From positions 350,238,001 to 350,302,000 of the forward strand of contig OZ024741.1 of assembly GCA_964016885.1 (NCBI GenBank): 64,000 bases of DNA, read 5' to 3'. Position numbers and translations under genes: made by a program. The notes beneath the pieces are model-generated. The model was not told the DNA's origin. It saw only the letters and a program-made list of their open reading frames with translations, and searched no databases. This DNA comes from Eledone cirrhosa (lineage: Eukaryota). The first letter of the stretch is position 1; every line of letters starts with the position of its first letter. Positions 29,794 through 45,072 of this stretch are shown here, in pieces.

Positions 29794-30100
29794 GAAGGCG
29801 TGTGGCTGTGTGGTCAAGGCGTTCGATTCTCGGCCCCGTTGGTGCGTTGTGTCCTAGAGTAAATCCCTTTATTTTACGTTGTTCCAGCTGTAGAAATATG
29901 TTGCGACATCACTGGTGCCAACTTTTATCAGCCTTTACCTTTTCCTTGGACAACATCGGTGGCGTGGGGAGTGGAATTGGGAGACATGGGCGAATATTGG
30001 TCCTCTTTAAAAGAACCTTGCCCGAGCTTGTTCCTCGGAGGATAACTTTCTTGATACTAAATCCATGGTCATTTGTGATTGAAAGGTGTATTTACCTTTT
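29794..30100 (+). mobile_element. tRNA-derived SINE, family B-like, diverged
   Basis: GAAGGCGTGTGGCTGTGTGGT...GTTCGATTC...GCGTTGTGTCC head, similar to 41650. Confidence 0.55.
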
Positions 30101-30339
30101 TACTATAAAGATAGCAGTAGATAGTAGAATAGGTAGAGCGCTAAATAAAATGATTTGACAGTGCTTAGTTTCGTTGTTTTTACATTTTAATTTCAAATCC
30201 AGCCGATGCTCTTTTTACCTTTTCATCTTTCTGGGATCTATAATAGCAAATAGTTCTGCATTGAGTAAATCGGTACATGTCAACCCAAATAAGAAGCGTT
30301 ATAAATCATTATTGTTGAAGTCGCAGTGTTGAAGGGCGT

Positions 30340-30507
30340 TGGATTGGCAGTATCGGTAGAGGGTCGGACGCCATGTTTTGCAGCAAAGATCTGATTCAAA
30401 TCCCGCCGAGGTTAACTTTGCCTTTCATCCTTACGGAGTCGATAAAATAAAGTACCAGTAATACACTGGGATAATTGCTGGCCTTGTGCAAAAAAGTAGA
30501 AACAATT
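30340..30507 (+). mobile_element. Family A SINE
   Basis: Matches 8203-8390. Confidence 0.85.
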
Positions 30508-31779
30508 ATTGTTGGAGTCAATAGGACGATGACTGCCAGGTGAGATCACTTCTGGAGACTTCAAATTTCCCTGTGGTCAACTTTACATTTTCAATTCCTT
30601 CCCTATTCTTTATAAAATAAATGCCTCTAATATACGGTTGATTTAGTATGCTATCCAGTTTTTCTCGTTGTGGTATGTCTTTTTATGCCCATTTGTTTCT
30701 CATCCCCCACCTCCTAAGTCAATAAAATACATCACTGTCAAACGCTGGGTCGGTTTAATCGATATTAGTTTCCCCAAGCCAGACCAGAGCCTGATATAAA
30801 TGGACCAACTTTCTGAGTTTCTAGTTCTATCATTCTGCTCTGTTTCTTGTAAATCACAACATGTGCATTACATTGAATTAAGCCTATATTTCACACCTTG
30901 CCTCGGCTTATTACTAGCTTTGGTGAGAAAAATCTACATTTTTCATCTGGTCTGAGCCTATTACCGGTTTTTACAAAAGTCTGCCGTACACACACGCACC
31001 AAATTCTTGGCCTTGTGCCTATGTTAGAAAAATCATTATCATAACAATTTCAAGGGTAAAGTGACAGAAAAAGTAAATCATTGGACAGAACGCCTTACGA
31101 TGATGTGTTACGTTCTGAGTTCAAATTTCACCTAGGTCATAACATTCCTCCAGGATAAGTAAGTACTAGTTGTATACTGCGGTCTTATGTTAATCTACTA
31201 TACATATTCCTTACTCCGTTGTGGCCTTGTGCCAATATAAGAAGTCATTATTGCTGCACCTTCCTTGCTCATACCTCCTCTCTCTTGCACGCACGCACAC
31301 ATCACACACTCTCTCTTAAACGCACACACACACACACACATTCTCTCTCACCCTCACACACAAACACATACACACATGCACCTACATAATCACACACATA
31401 CTCTCACTGCACCTTCGTCACCCCTCCTCTCTCTTGCACGCACACACACACACACACATTCTCTCTCACCCTTATACACAAACACATACACACATGCACC
31501 TACATATACACACACACATACTCTCACTCACTAGTTTTGACTCTGTCGTCTGCTTCACAACATTTCTACCTTTCCGCAGCATTCCTTTCTCACCATCTAA
31601 ATAGATGGAGAGAAAGCTCTTTTAATCTTATTTTCCCTTCTCGTTTATCCTTTATATTTTTAAACTTTCTCTTTTTTTTTATTACTCTCGAAGCTTTATA
31701 CACTCGTTTCCTCCTTCTCTCCCTCTCTCTCTCTCTCTTTCTCTCCCTCTTTATATATTTATATACATACATACATACA

Positions 31780-31812
<33 letters not shown>

Positions 31813-33466
31813 TATATATATATATACATATATACATATATATATATATTATATATACATTCATATATATATATGTGTGTGTGAATGTGTATGTATGTGT
31901 GTGTGTATGTGTGTGTATGTATGTATATGTGCGTGTGTGTATATATGTGTGTGTGTGTGAGTAGATACATCGGATAGATATAGTCTGTCGTCTGCCAATT
32001 CTGTTTTTATCCAAGTTGTAATCTTTCTTTTCTTTCCACTTTCCTTCTCTCAATGCCTGCACTGATTCTTACCTTTTCCTCCTCCCACAAAGCTCTCTCT
32101 TTTTTTTACTTTCTCTCTTTCTACCACCCCCCCCCCCATATATATATATATAGAGAGAGAGAGAGACAGAGACAGAGAGAGAGATAGATAGATAGATAGA
32201 TATAATCACACTCATACTCAAATACACACGCACGCACACAAATACACGTGCACACACACACACACATACACACACACATATATACACAAACACACAAACG
32301 TTTCCGTCTGCTGATTCTGTTTTTCTGACTTCCTGTCTTTCAATATATCTTTCCTTTCTTTTTTCTTCTCCTCGCACTCTCCCCATTACTCACGTTTTCT
32401 TTCCCTTTCTTTTTCCCTATCTTCCTCTCTATCAATCTCTCTATCTTTGTTTCAGTATCGTTCCCTCTTTCTCTATCCTCTTTCTTTCAGTCAATCACCC
32501 CCCCCCCCACTCACTCCATAGTTCTCTTTCCTGTCGTCTGCCAATTCTGGCTCTCCAGTTTCCAATTTTTTTTCTTCCTTTCAACTCATTGTCTGCTCTT
32601 TTTCCATGCATTCTTTCTCATTCTCTCTCCTCTCCTTTCTTTCTCTCCCCTCTCTCTCCCATCCCTCTCCTACCTCTTTCTTTACGCATTTATCTCTCTT
32701 TGTTTTCCCCATCTCTCTCTCCCATTTTTTCTCTCTGCCTCTCACTATTCATCGCTCCGCCCTCTCTCTTGTCATTAGCTGTTTCTCTTTATTTCACACA
32801 TTTATTCTTTCCTTTTTCCCCCCATAATCTCTCTTTCACTTTGTTTCTCCCTCCCACCGCCTCAAACATCTCCCCACTCTTCCACCCCACCCTCTTTTCC
32901 TCTCCTTCCACTCCATCCTCTTTTCCTCTCTACCCTCTCTTTCTCCCTCTCACACCTCTCTCAACATTGACCATCTTACCTTCACAATATCTTCTTTCTC
33001 CTCTCCCTCTATTCCACAATTGACACTCTCTGACTTTTTTCCTTTCTATCGTCCTCTCCTTTTCTCTTCTCCCTCACCTCACTCATTTCTCCCTCTCCAC
33101 CTCGTCCTTTCTCGTACACACGCACACACACGCATATGCAAACACACAAATTTACTCGACAACCTGTCATGGCAACACCTCTCGACTGCCGGTATTCATT
33201 CATGGTAGTGTACATAATTATTCTCTTTAATTTATTTTACTGTTTAAGTTCCTACACTTTATCTACCACTGTATATAACTGTATGCACATTTTTGTCTCC
33301 AATTTTAAAGTCTTAGTTCACACTCATTGAAACTTTTCGCGTCTCTGGGACTTTCTGATATGCAGTTGTCTGTGTCTTTTCTTTGATTGTTAACCATCCG
33401 AATCATCTACATTTACCGTTTAACTGTTATATTTGCTGCATACCTTAATACATTCCGTGTTATCCT

Positions 33467-33497
<31 letters not shown>

Positions 33498-35614
33498 ATA
33501 TATATATATATATTGAGCGAGTTGGAAATTTCGGTGTACTAGCACAAACTCAATTTGTCTAGTTCGATTCACTTATATCTATATCTATATATATAATGTA
33601 TTTATCTATCTATGTCGTTGTATGTGGATTTATATGTGTGTTTATGTAAGCAGTAGATACCCAGACATAGATTGAGATAGATAAATGGATGAATAGATAG
33701 ATCAAGGGAAGGTGAGGTTGATAAAATGCCAGTACACTAACTGATCAAATAACTTGTGAGGTGGAACTGTCATTATCGGCAAAAACGTTGTCCTTGAGCC
33801 AAACACCTAACTCAGCACACTGTTTTCTGCAGCTAAACAATTATTATTGCTGTTGTTGTTGTTACCTCTAAATCACATGATCCTGGTCGAAAGTGAGATT
33901 CTGGTGTTAGGACACACCCAACATCGCCATAAAAAGACAGACACCAGATACACACACACACACATACACACACACACACGATATTCTAAAGTGCTTTCAT
34001 ATCAGCCAAAGAAGAAAATGGAAACTTTAACGTTACATGGCCTTCCTGAAGCGATTCTAACTTAAGATTTGAAACAGCAACCTTAGATTTTAAATCTTCA
34101 AGTATCAAAATGCTATAATTTAAATCACTTAACTCTATAGACATGAAGTCTTGGATTTTAGGAGAGTTGATATGGGATATTGTTACATTCTTCACTTTCC
34201 AAAGAGAAAGCTATTTGTTGTGCCAAGTGAGAATCAAAATCAAGTTCGAAGATTACATTCACCAGAAATCTACTGGCGGCAACATAACATCCACTCCATA
34301 AGATGTTATAATAATAGTCATACTGATACAACGCAAATCTGAAGTATGTGAGTTCGATTTCCATTTAGTTCATACGCTTAGATTTTTTTTTTTTTCTTTC
34401 TTCTTGATTTTTTTTCTTTATTGCATTTTTATATGCAGAAGTGAACTCAATCGATTTTGACAAGAGACCTGGATTAAAATATATTTTAGCGGCGTAAGAA
34501 TGTTTATGTCACCTTTAAAGTTAAAGTTTTTGTTTATTTTTCTTTGCTCGCGGTCAGAAACGCTGCATCTTCTTTACTATTCTTCAAACAACGAAATAAC
34601 ACAAGCATCCCTTGGGTTGCCCAACTCTTTTAATATGCCCATTTGTCATATAAGACATGTTAATGTTTCTGAGTGTGATAAAGAAAAAAAAACTTGAAAG
34701 ATGATAATGAAGATCTTACGACGTTAATATATATTTTAACCGAGGTTAAGCTACCTCACAATTATTTGCGTATTCAAATCTTCTGCAGGTATTTCAATGT
34801 ATTATGTTTTTTTATGCTATAATTATGCTATAATTATGCTATAATTATGCTATAATTTTAACAGAATTCCCATTTGTTGCAAATATTCGAGCCAGCTAAC
34901 CATTTTGAGGATAACTTCCTCTTTACCTCCCTTCTTGCTAGACCCAGGGTCCCTGAAACCGGTCATAGTCGCTGCCTTTCCTTCGTTGATAAAATAGTTA
35001 AAGAAGACATTAGTTCAATCCCGATTAAGTAGATTTACGGACAAAAGTGTTCCATGATTAACCGACATTTCCAAACTTATTTCTGTTATTTCTTTTGCAT
35101 GTTTTTTAAGTTTTTTTTTTTTTTGTAAGACCGAAGATTTAGCTAACAAGTTGAGCGACCACATAGGGGCTTCCTTGTTGCCTTTTATTTTGTTGTGTGT
35201 TACGTATAGAAAACTCTGTTTATCCAAATTACACGAGGGATCATCGCCCATTGATAGATGATTTTTTTTCTTTTACAAGTTCAAGAAATCGAGTTTGTTG
35301 CACCTATTAGGTGGTATAGGGAGATATTAATATTTTTCTGCGTGTTTTTTTTTCAATATGGTTTCGCATACATATCACCTATACAAAGGCAACGACAGTC
35401 TTAATGCCTCGACAAAATAGCAGCTAAATCACACTCAGATCGCATCACACCTTCTTCTTATATAATATATACATATATATATGTGTGGGTGTGTGTGTAG
35501 CCCTTTACTGTAGATCAGCTGGAGAAACAAGGAAATTTTTACTCCCTTCTTTTTTTCCGTTCCTACCTCTTCTCTCTCTTTATCTTTCTATTTTATCTTT
35601 TATTTCTAATTCTA

Positions 35615-35650
35615 TCTTCTGATGAAGAACTAATGTCCGAAACGTTAGGA
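35615..35650 (+). ncRNA. Minimal HHR
   Basis: TCTT-CTGATGA-AGAAC TAAT GTCC-GAAACGTT-AGGA. Confidence 0.55.
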
Positions 35651-35723
35651 CGCTTTTCCTGTCAAGCTAATATATTTCTTCAATGTACTGTGTCGTTTGC
35701 TTTGTTACTACTGTTTACGTTTT

Positions 35724-35798
<75 letters not shown>

Positions 35799-35801
35799 TA
35801 C

Positions 35802-35838
<37 letters not shown>

Positions 35839-36060
35839 GTAATAATAATAAATTTGAAGACTAAAATTCAAAGAGGGCTCGATAAGGATAAATATATATC
35901 AAATATATAAGAACCGTATAGCAAATATTTATTAAAATAACAGATTAAAGTTTAAGCAAACAATCGCTGCTTTCACCCTTAACGGGATCTTCTGAAACTG
36001 TTTCAGAAGATCCCGTTAAGGGTGAAAGCAGCGATTCTTTGCTTAAACTTTAATCTGTTA

Positions 36061-36068
<8 letters not shown>
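35839..36068 (-). mobile_element. pLTR-like 3' fragment with inverted segment
   Basis: Palindrome centred near 35999 (arms about 35931-35997 and 36001-36068). The same family terminus occurs at about 11960-12200, 14471-14508, 17143-17190 and 26795-26835. Confidence 0.65.
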
Positions 36069-36122
<54 letters not shown>

Positions 36123-36635
36123 GTGTGACAAGTCCTGGCGATACGAATTGATTAAGGTCGGCATGTCTTTAATGGCTTTTAAATCTTTAAATCATGACTG
36201 AATTTTGTCTAGACAACCACAGCTGTAGTACTGCATGTTGATCTCTTTGCATAATGTCTCTTTCCGAATTCCTCTTCTCCAATTACTGTCACTGTCTCTT
36301 ACCTGCGTAGTTTTTGCTTTTCCCTAATACTTCGTCTATCAAGCATTTCTAGAAGTTTCATTCCATTGCGAGAGATTTCCTTTCAACCAACGTCTAATCT
36401 TCAAGATTTCATATTGAAGATTAATAGAATCGTATGCCACCAAACTACCAGAAATACTACATGTCCTTTTTTAGTGAAGCAGCACTCGCAAATTCTAAAG
36501 TTAAAGGCTAAGTTAAAGTATAAAATAATTAACCACATCATTATATATATATATATATATATATACAGATACACACGTACTGTCTGTATATCGAGTTTAT
36601 ATAAGGGCATAATAACTTAGTCTTCATTATTGCAT

Positions 36636-36722
<87 letters not shown>

Positions 36723-37121
36723 GTTCTTGACAAGCTGAGTTCAAGTTTTTGTTGCAAGAAACTTGCTGTTATTTCACTTCGCTTATGTTCCTACTGTTCT
36801 TTGCAATATATATATATATATATATATATATGCGGATGTATATATGTTTATATGTATTACTAATTGCGTTTGTATGCATGCATGTATGTATGTATTATAT
36901 ATGTATCTGACCCTAGGCCTCTGTTAGAAATCATTATGATAAACTTAATTCTATCACTGACTGCTAAGTTCAAACATTCCTTAACCAGCCCTTTCTTTTA
37001 TTACTGCAATACCATGTAAGTTAAATCTTCTCTTTTTTACATTGTTAATGAGAGTTACTAGGGGTCTTAAGCATCCATTTCTAATTGTAGCTTTTTGGTC
37101 AAGTGTATGTATGTATGTATG

Positions 37122-37154
<33 letters not shown>

Positions 37155-38020
37155 GGAATTACGTCATCAACGTTTTCATTGTGTTGCCCCAATTTAGCCC
37201 TCAGCTAGCTGAGCTAGGATGAAAGTCGATCTATCCAGTCATTACTTTCAGATACATTATGTCTAGGACTCTATCACTCAATAAGAGGATTTGGCTGGTA
37301 TTTCAATTGGATCAAATGGCCACATTGAGGCTCTTTTGGGGCGAGAAATGTGTGTAAGTTGGTTCATATTAAAACTGAAATCATAATATAGGATTTAGGA
37401 TTACTTTGCTGTCCAGGAAGACATTATGTTTAAAACCGTAAAAAGAAAGAATGATGTTCTCGTGAATTGCTTAACTTTTGAAGTTTCCTACACACCAGAA
37501 TGCTGGTGAATTGGTAAAATCATTAGAGCGTCGGATTAGAAGATATTTGTTCCGTTTCTCAGCGATCTGTCAAAATACCACCAGGATTACCTCTGCCTTT
37601 TACCCTTACATCCAACGTACCTGCGTACGAATGGTAGAATTGTTAAAGAATCGGACAGAATGCTTTGTAATATCTGATATGATGTTTTATATTTCGAATT
37701 CCAATATTTCTGCCTGGAGTAACCAACAAATAATATCAGCAACGGAAACACCAATCGGTTCCTTTCCCTTTTTTTGTACACTAGACTGTTCTCTTCTGCT
37801 GATTGTGGAATAAAGGGAAAGCTCTTCTTTAACTGTGTGCCATAGGATGGATAAACGACTTACATTTTGATGTGCGTATATATATAAAAGTTTGACTAAT
37901 CTATATCTACGTCTGGGTTTATATGTTTCCATGCTAAGAAGAGGTGTGATCGTATGTACGGGCATCCTCTAAATTGCTGTGTTTCGGTATTTATCAGAAT
38001 ATATATATATACTACATGTG

Positions 38021-38168
<148 letters not shown>

Positions 38169-40642
38169 TATACATACACACAAAGACATATATGTATATA
38201 GGAAACTTTAAAAAATTTATTTATATAAAAAGACACACGAAAGTCACAGAAATCCAAGTCTTCAGCTGCCGAGATGGACTTCTGTCAGTTTCGGCCCCTA
38301 CCATCCGGCATCACAGTGTCTAACATAAGCCAAAGAGCTGTTCGTGGCGTAAAAGCAAGGCAAAGTTCCACCTTTTTCACATGATTATATAATTATTGAA
38401 AATATATTTCTCAGTAATTCAGAGTATGGGTATTTTTGATAAAACTTGTGTGCATAGAACTTTATTTATAAGTAGATATATTTTATAGTTCTTGTACAAG
38501 CTAGTGTGAATACCTCTACATTTTGCATATGAATATGAATTTTCGTGTATTACTGTAATACTTGTATCTGTAGCTATTTAAGTGTGATGCGACTGTTGAT
38601 TTATCAATAATTATTTAAATCTACGTTTTATCATGCTTTCTCGCATCTTCTACGTTGAGTTTATTCTCACATTCTTCTCTTTAATTGCTGCACCCAATCC
38701 TTTTTCCATCAAAACATTGAACCTCTAGAAATTCTTTTATCATGTGTTTCCTATAGTCGTCAATATGGGGGAGACATATTCACAAAATACTTTGAACGTC
38801 CGGGTAAACGTTATGTTGGCCCCGCCATATTGCGTTCAGATTTCAAATCGCGTTGGGGTAAACCTTTTGTTTTCATCCCTTTGGAGCTTATTCATTTACA
38901 AAGGTATATATAATGGATTCTGACCCCTATTCTAAAATATATGGCTTTCTGTCGCTATTAGGGATCAATTATTGATATCTATGAATCAACTATGTTTACG
39001 ACTGAACACCTATTTCTACTTTTTAAATTGATATGTTATTTATCGAGGATATTTATGTGCCTACAGAGGTATTTTAAGAAAGGAAGGTGCGATGCAGAGT
39101 TATAACATTTTAGGGACGGAGTATGATCGATTAACTTAGCCTCAATACATACCTAGGACTTAAACCTGTCAACCATGTTATTGTTTGAAAACAGTTGATT
39201 ATGGCAATATCTGACCTGTAAATATTAATATGTGCTTTTACACCATCAACCACTTTTTTTTTCTAAATATTAATCCACTAAGGCTTTTGATCTTCGATTA
39301 TCAACAATCAGCGTGTCTGGTTCTATTTGCTTTTATCTCCAAACATTCATTTCCATAAATTTCCTTATGTATGATTTACTCGCTTCAATATTTCTTACGT
39401 CAAGTTCAATGAATCTGCATTCATACTATGTCTGGTTCAATTTAACTCTGTTATCATATATCTGGCTCAGATTTCACACACAACTCACATTTCTGATGCA
39501 ATCTATCTATTTTCTACATTGTTTGGTTGAATTTTTCTTGACTAAATATAACTGATTCGTTTTATATGTATCTTATGTCTGGTTCACATGATCTCATATG
39601 TCTGCCTGCTTTAATTTACAAGTATCACTGAACAGCCACTCACTCAATTCATCCATATTTTGTATGACAGCTCCTGTTTGACTTAGCTACATCACGATGC
39701 CTTCAGCATATTTAGAATATCGCCATAATAGTAATGTTTAATAGTCTACATATTTTCCATTCAGTAAATAGCATATCAGTTTAGTAAAATAATGATTTGA
39801 AGTTAAGAGGTGTTTCGAAACATCCATGGCTAATAACCTTAATTCTGAAAATCATGGCCTTTTTACTTGTAAATGAGTGTCACGAATTGGCACAATTCAC
39901 AACTGTATAAGCCACGGGAAGAGGCTCTACGTGGTCATTCGACTGGCTAGAAATATCAGCCAAATCACCATTAGATCACACCCATTGTCTTTAAAAAATG
40001 TACACATGGTGGTCCTGGGGTCCTCGTACATAGAAAGAATACGGATCTGAAAAGTTTCGATATCATGTTTTTGATGGTTTATGTCCTGGTATTAACGCTA
40101 CCTTGTGTCTTTGTAGAGAACAGTCATCTCAAATGACTCTGTTCACTTCGTTTTTGTTTGTTTGTTTGTTTGTTTTTCGTTGTTTATTCTGGCGAAGGTT
40201 TTGGGCTCCTGTTCTTCTTACCGGTGAGATCGATGCGGTTAATATTTTCTCCCAGATAGCAAAGAGAAATCCTATAAGAAAGGAGAGGTTTCCGGAAGGA
40301 TAACGTTCTGGAAGGGAAGGACTGATAATTATGGTTAATGCGAAGCCGGTCTTGATAGGCAAAATATTGTAGACAAGAGGAGGAAAGACGGGGTAATTAA
40401 GAATGCCTGAGTGAATTTGGCACGAAATAGCTCCAAGAAGAAAAGACCCCTGTAGTAGCAGCAAACAGAATATCACACAGTTATAGCTAAAAACTAACGT
40501 GTGTGTAAGCGGCTTTTGTACCACCCAGAAGGCTTTCTTATCTAGAAGGGGTATGGTTTAGATTGTTTCTACATACTAGCACCGCGACAGGTCTAGGAAA
40601 ATTACACAATTGTGAATCTCACTTGATGTTTGTAGAGAGTTA

Positions 40643-40802
40643 CCGTATTTCCCGGTGTCGAAGATGTTACTTTTTTCCTAAAATGTCTCAAAATGCGTCC
40701 TGGAGGCCGAAGGTTGTTTGTTATTTTTTTAATCAAATTTTTGGTTGTCAAAATTAGGATGCGTCCTCAAGGAAGAAGCGTCTTCGGCGCCGGGAAATAC
40801 GG
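40643..40802. mobile_element. pogo/Tc2-type MITE
   Basis: TA|CCGTATTTCCCGGTGTCGAAGATG...CGTCTTCGGCGCCGGGAAATACGG|TA. Confidence 0.85.
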
Positions 40803-41617
40803 TAGCTGTTGATACAAGGCGATGAATTGGCTTAGAGTCGTCAGAGCAGTGGATAAAATGCAGTGGATAAAATGCAGTGGATAAAATGCAGTGGATAAAA
40901 TGCTTTGCGGTATTTGTTCCCACTTTCTGATCTAAGTTCAAATCACGCCGGTGTCGGCTTTTGAGGTCGATAAAAATGTACCAGTCCTGTACTGAGGTCG
41001 ATTCTTTCTCTCTCTCTCTCTCTCTCTCTCTTACTCTCTCTCTCTGGAAGAAATTGGCTGTATTCAGACCTGGAGATATTCTTATAATCTCTTTTACTGA
41101 CTCTCGCTCTCTCATATATGTATGAGATGGCGCTAGATGTGTTACATGTTAAAATATACAATAAATAAATAAAAAAAATTTGGTTTTCATTTTAAATTAA
41201 ATTAAAAATTCTACGAAATCATGTAAGTCTGGAATGTTATGTTTAGAAACGGATATCGTGGGTCTGGCCAAGATGTCTATCTGATCTTTGACCCTGACTA
41301 AGGAAATTGAAGCTAGTCACCAGCAGAGATTGAAGCCAGTAGGTGACGATAAACTGTGCAGCAGGGATAGGACGACATAAAATAGTGGAGGGTGGGGATT
41401 GAGACAACGAGGTATTGAATAAGCTTGATAATCTTTCTGCGTGCATGAGTCTGTTGCGTATGTGCGAATAAATCTACTTGTAAGTGTGTAAATATATGTA
41501 TAAAAAAATGTGGGTAAGCAAGTCATACGCAGGCATGTATATGTAGATGAATGACTGTGTAAGATTTGTGTGTTCGTGTATGTGTCTGCATACATTGTAC
41601 ACACGTACACACACATG

Positions 41618-41649
<32 letters not shown>

Positions 41650-41652
<3 letters not shown>

Positions 41653-41866
41653 GGCGCGTGGCTGAGTGGTTACAGAATTGGATTCGCAATCATGAGATTG
41701 TAAGTTCAATTCCCGAACCGGGGGATGCGTTATGTCCTTGAGCAAGACATTTTATTTCAATTTGCTCCTTGTACCTGGAGTTGCGACCGATAGATAGTAT
41801 TAGCATTTGGAAAGACCAATGGAAATATTGTAACCTCAGCCCGATTTGCCGAAAATCGATCGGCTG

Positions 41867-41870
<4 letters not shown>
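41650..41870 (+). mobile_element. tRNA-derived SINE, family B
   Basis: A box TGGCTGAGTGG, B box AGTTCAATTCC, then GTCCTTGAGCAAGACA. An inverted copy lies at 42545-42763. Confidence 0.8.
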
Positions 41871-41916
<46 letters not shown>

Positions 41917-41920
<4 letters not shown>

Positions 41921-42535
41921 GGAGGTGAGTTTTATTGTAGTACAATAAAGCAATGCAGATATCGGATAAGAAGCACTCTCTATGTTAAAACAATATATCT
42001 TTTTCTCAGTTATAAAAACTATCTCTTTCTCTCTATCACCCATCTCTCCCTCTCCACCTTCACTCTCATCTCCTCCCCCCTTTTTTTTTCATCCTTTCCA
42101 CCCCCCTCCCTAAATAAAATATTTTTTCCTCGCACATATCCTCCCTTCGTTAATTTTCAAAATTTTTAATTTATACATTATCTTCCAACGGTTTTCAACC
42201 TCTCTATGTAAAACAATATATCTCCTCTCAGTTATAAAAACTATCTCTTTCTCTCTATCACCCATCTCTCCCTCTCATCTCCTTCCCTTTTCATCCTTTC
42301 CACCCCACCTCTCTAAATAAAATATTTTTCCCAATATCACACATCAATCTAAAACCACTTTTCATATGTTGATTTAAAACTGCACTATCCACAAGTGTTT
42401 TTTAGCCTTCATATCATGTTCTCCTGTTTTATCTGATGAAAACACAAATATTATTGCATGATGATGTTTGTTTTTGAAATGCGCATAATAAAATACATGG
42501 AACTCCTTTAACCATCTTTTGATCTTATATTATAT
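41917..42535 (+). mobile_element. Longer copy of the HHR element at 26066, with an internal ~220 bp tandem duplication
   Basis: HHR at 42426-42494 is identical to 26216-26284. A pyrimidine-rich block is repeated at about 41980 and 42204. Confidence 0.8.
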
Positions 42536-42544
42536 ATATATAGT

Positions 42545-42964
<420 letters not shown>

Positions 42965-43023
42965 TATATATATATATATTTTTATATTTATATTAAAGCT
43001 AAAATGTGAGTCGTGTTACTCTG

Positions 43024-43079
43024 GAGTTTCGCCTGATGATCCTGTGATAAACATACGAAACTGCAGAGTAATAAAACTC
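43024..43079 (+). ncRNA. Degenerate type I HHR inside a short inverted insertion (about 42990-43100)
   Basis: CTGATGA-TCCTGTGATAAACATAC-GAAAC-TGCAGA-GTA-ATAAAACTC. The upstream ~40 nt is an imperfect inverted copy. Confidence 0.5.
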
Positions 43080-43205
43080 ACATTAGTCTTAATATAAATT
43101 AATGTTAAAACTCTAATTCGGTATTGAATACTTCTTTCTCTTAGCTGTCAACCACATACGTGTATATATTTATATATATATATGTGTGTGTGTTTATATA
43201 TATAA

Positions 43206-43252
<47 letters not shown>

Positions 43253-43254
43253 TG

Positions 43255-43610
43255 CAGTGGGCCATAAGTCGCGCGCCAAAGCATTACATGTCTTAACGTA
43301 CTAAATGTATTCGCAAAGAAATTAATTATCGCTTACATTTGATTTAATTACAATTATTTTTGTGTTGTGGATCGCCTCTATCTCCAAACGTGAAGCATTT
43401 GCCTAGACAAAATGGAAGTAGAGGAATGATCAAGCGTGAGTTGTCGTACAAAATGTCAACCATTGGACTCAATACCTTAAAATCATACATGATATGATAA
43501 TGAATATGATACCTTTGTTATTTCAATATAATTTTTGTTAATAATACAATACAATTTACATGTATACTAAATTGTTTTATTGCTTTGATGCGTGACTTAC
43601 TGCCCACACA

Positions 43611-43614
<4 letters not shown>
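43255..43614. mobile_element. Tc1/mariner-type MITE
   Basis: Imperfect TIRs GTGGGCCATAAGTCGCGCGCCAAAGCA / TGCTTTGATGCGTGACTTACTGCCCAC. Confidence 0.65.
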
Positions 43615-43646
<32 letters not shown>

Positions 43647-44799
43647 CATAAAGAGTATATTCGCAAATCTAACATAGTTTTCAATTATAAGTTTCGTTAG
43701 TAAATAAAGAAAATAATTGTAATTGTTTGTAGACATACATAAAAGTGATAGATTTTCCTTATTCCACAGAAGACAAGTACCCTTATCATTCCACCTACGA
43801 ATAGATCTTATAGCAGACCGCTATCTATATCAAGCACAAACCAAAACCTAACTGGAATGGTCAGTCACATTTTTGTAACGTGCATTCTTTTGGTGACGTA
43901 ATTAACTAAATAATTCAGTTCCACTGACTGAATAATTTGGAATATTTATGAACTTTGAGGAAATGCTTCTGGGTCAAATTTATAAAGCCATTGGCATTAA
44001 GATTTCACATAAAAAATGAATCGGAGGACTAGTAAACCAGCTGACATCACGATATTTTTGGTTACATTAGCTGGTATTGGCACCCCCATGGTGTTAAACT
44101 TGGTCTATTCACGAAATGCTTAAGTCTTTAGCTCTTCATCAATATGGTTTTCAGCGCTATATATTATACTTTTGTCAATATTGCTAACGGTTCTTTAAAG
44201 TTATGGGTAGAACGTGAAGCATTTGCCGATATAAATGAGTTTATCATTTTACTTTCTGTATGGCTTGTATTAAAATATAACGTTATAACACGGACATTAG
44301 CTATTGTGATAGCATCAATTACCGTAATATGAAGTCCAAATTCTTTTTAAATACTTTAGTCTTTTTTCTTTTATTATCTAGGCTGTGTTCATTAATATTG
44401 TTAGAAATAACTAAACCAGTTATGGGCAAACTGCCGCTCATTTGGCTTTCTGAATGGCAAGCCTAATTTCAAAATTGCCTAGGATTTTTTTGTAGTACGG
44501 TCCGTCATAAGATGAGCCACATCTTATGCGGTCTACTGCTCGAAAAGTTTGCCCAAGCCTGCGCTAAACTGACATCTTTCCGTCATCTATAGGGGTATTC
44601 TACCCGATTATCAAAGCCATTAGTTATAGGGGTCTCTTCATTTTCTAAGTACACACACACACACAGACATATATGTATATAAATACATGCATATATATAT
44701 ATATATATAATAAGTTGACGGAACTAGCATGGATGTCACTGATAGGATGGTTATATCTCAGCGTACCCAATAGGTTATATCAAATAAACTCCCAGAGTA

Positions 44800-44833
<34 letters not shown>

Positions 44834-44963
44834 TAGTAATATTAATGAGAGTAAATATTATTCATTTACTAGGTATATTTTATCTTAACACTATGATAGA
44901 ATCAAGCAGAGTCAGTATATAGTTACAATGTGCTTATAAACCAAAATTAAATGTTGAAGGCAT

Positions 44964-45072
44964 TTAACCTCTGACAATTGTTTCTTCACATAGTAATATC
45001 CCACAGACAGCAAAATATTTTATTTAACAATTTGCTATTACTTAGCATAAACTATGAGTCATCAGAGTTTAA
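44964..45072 (-). ncRNA. Degenerate type I HHR with very long stem II, in an old Penelope-like relic (about 44710-45620)
   Basis: Minus strand CTGATGA-CTCATAGT...(about 70 nt)...ACTATGTGAA-GAAAC-AATT-GTC-AG. The same GAAACAATTGTC occurs at about 55895-55908. Confidence 0.5.

Noticed and set aside
34151-34345. Possible plus-strand exon or 63-aa ORF
   Set aside because: Weak splice context and no recognisable protein signal.
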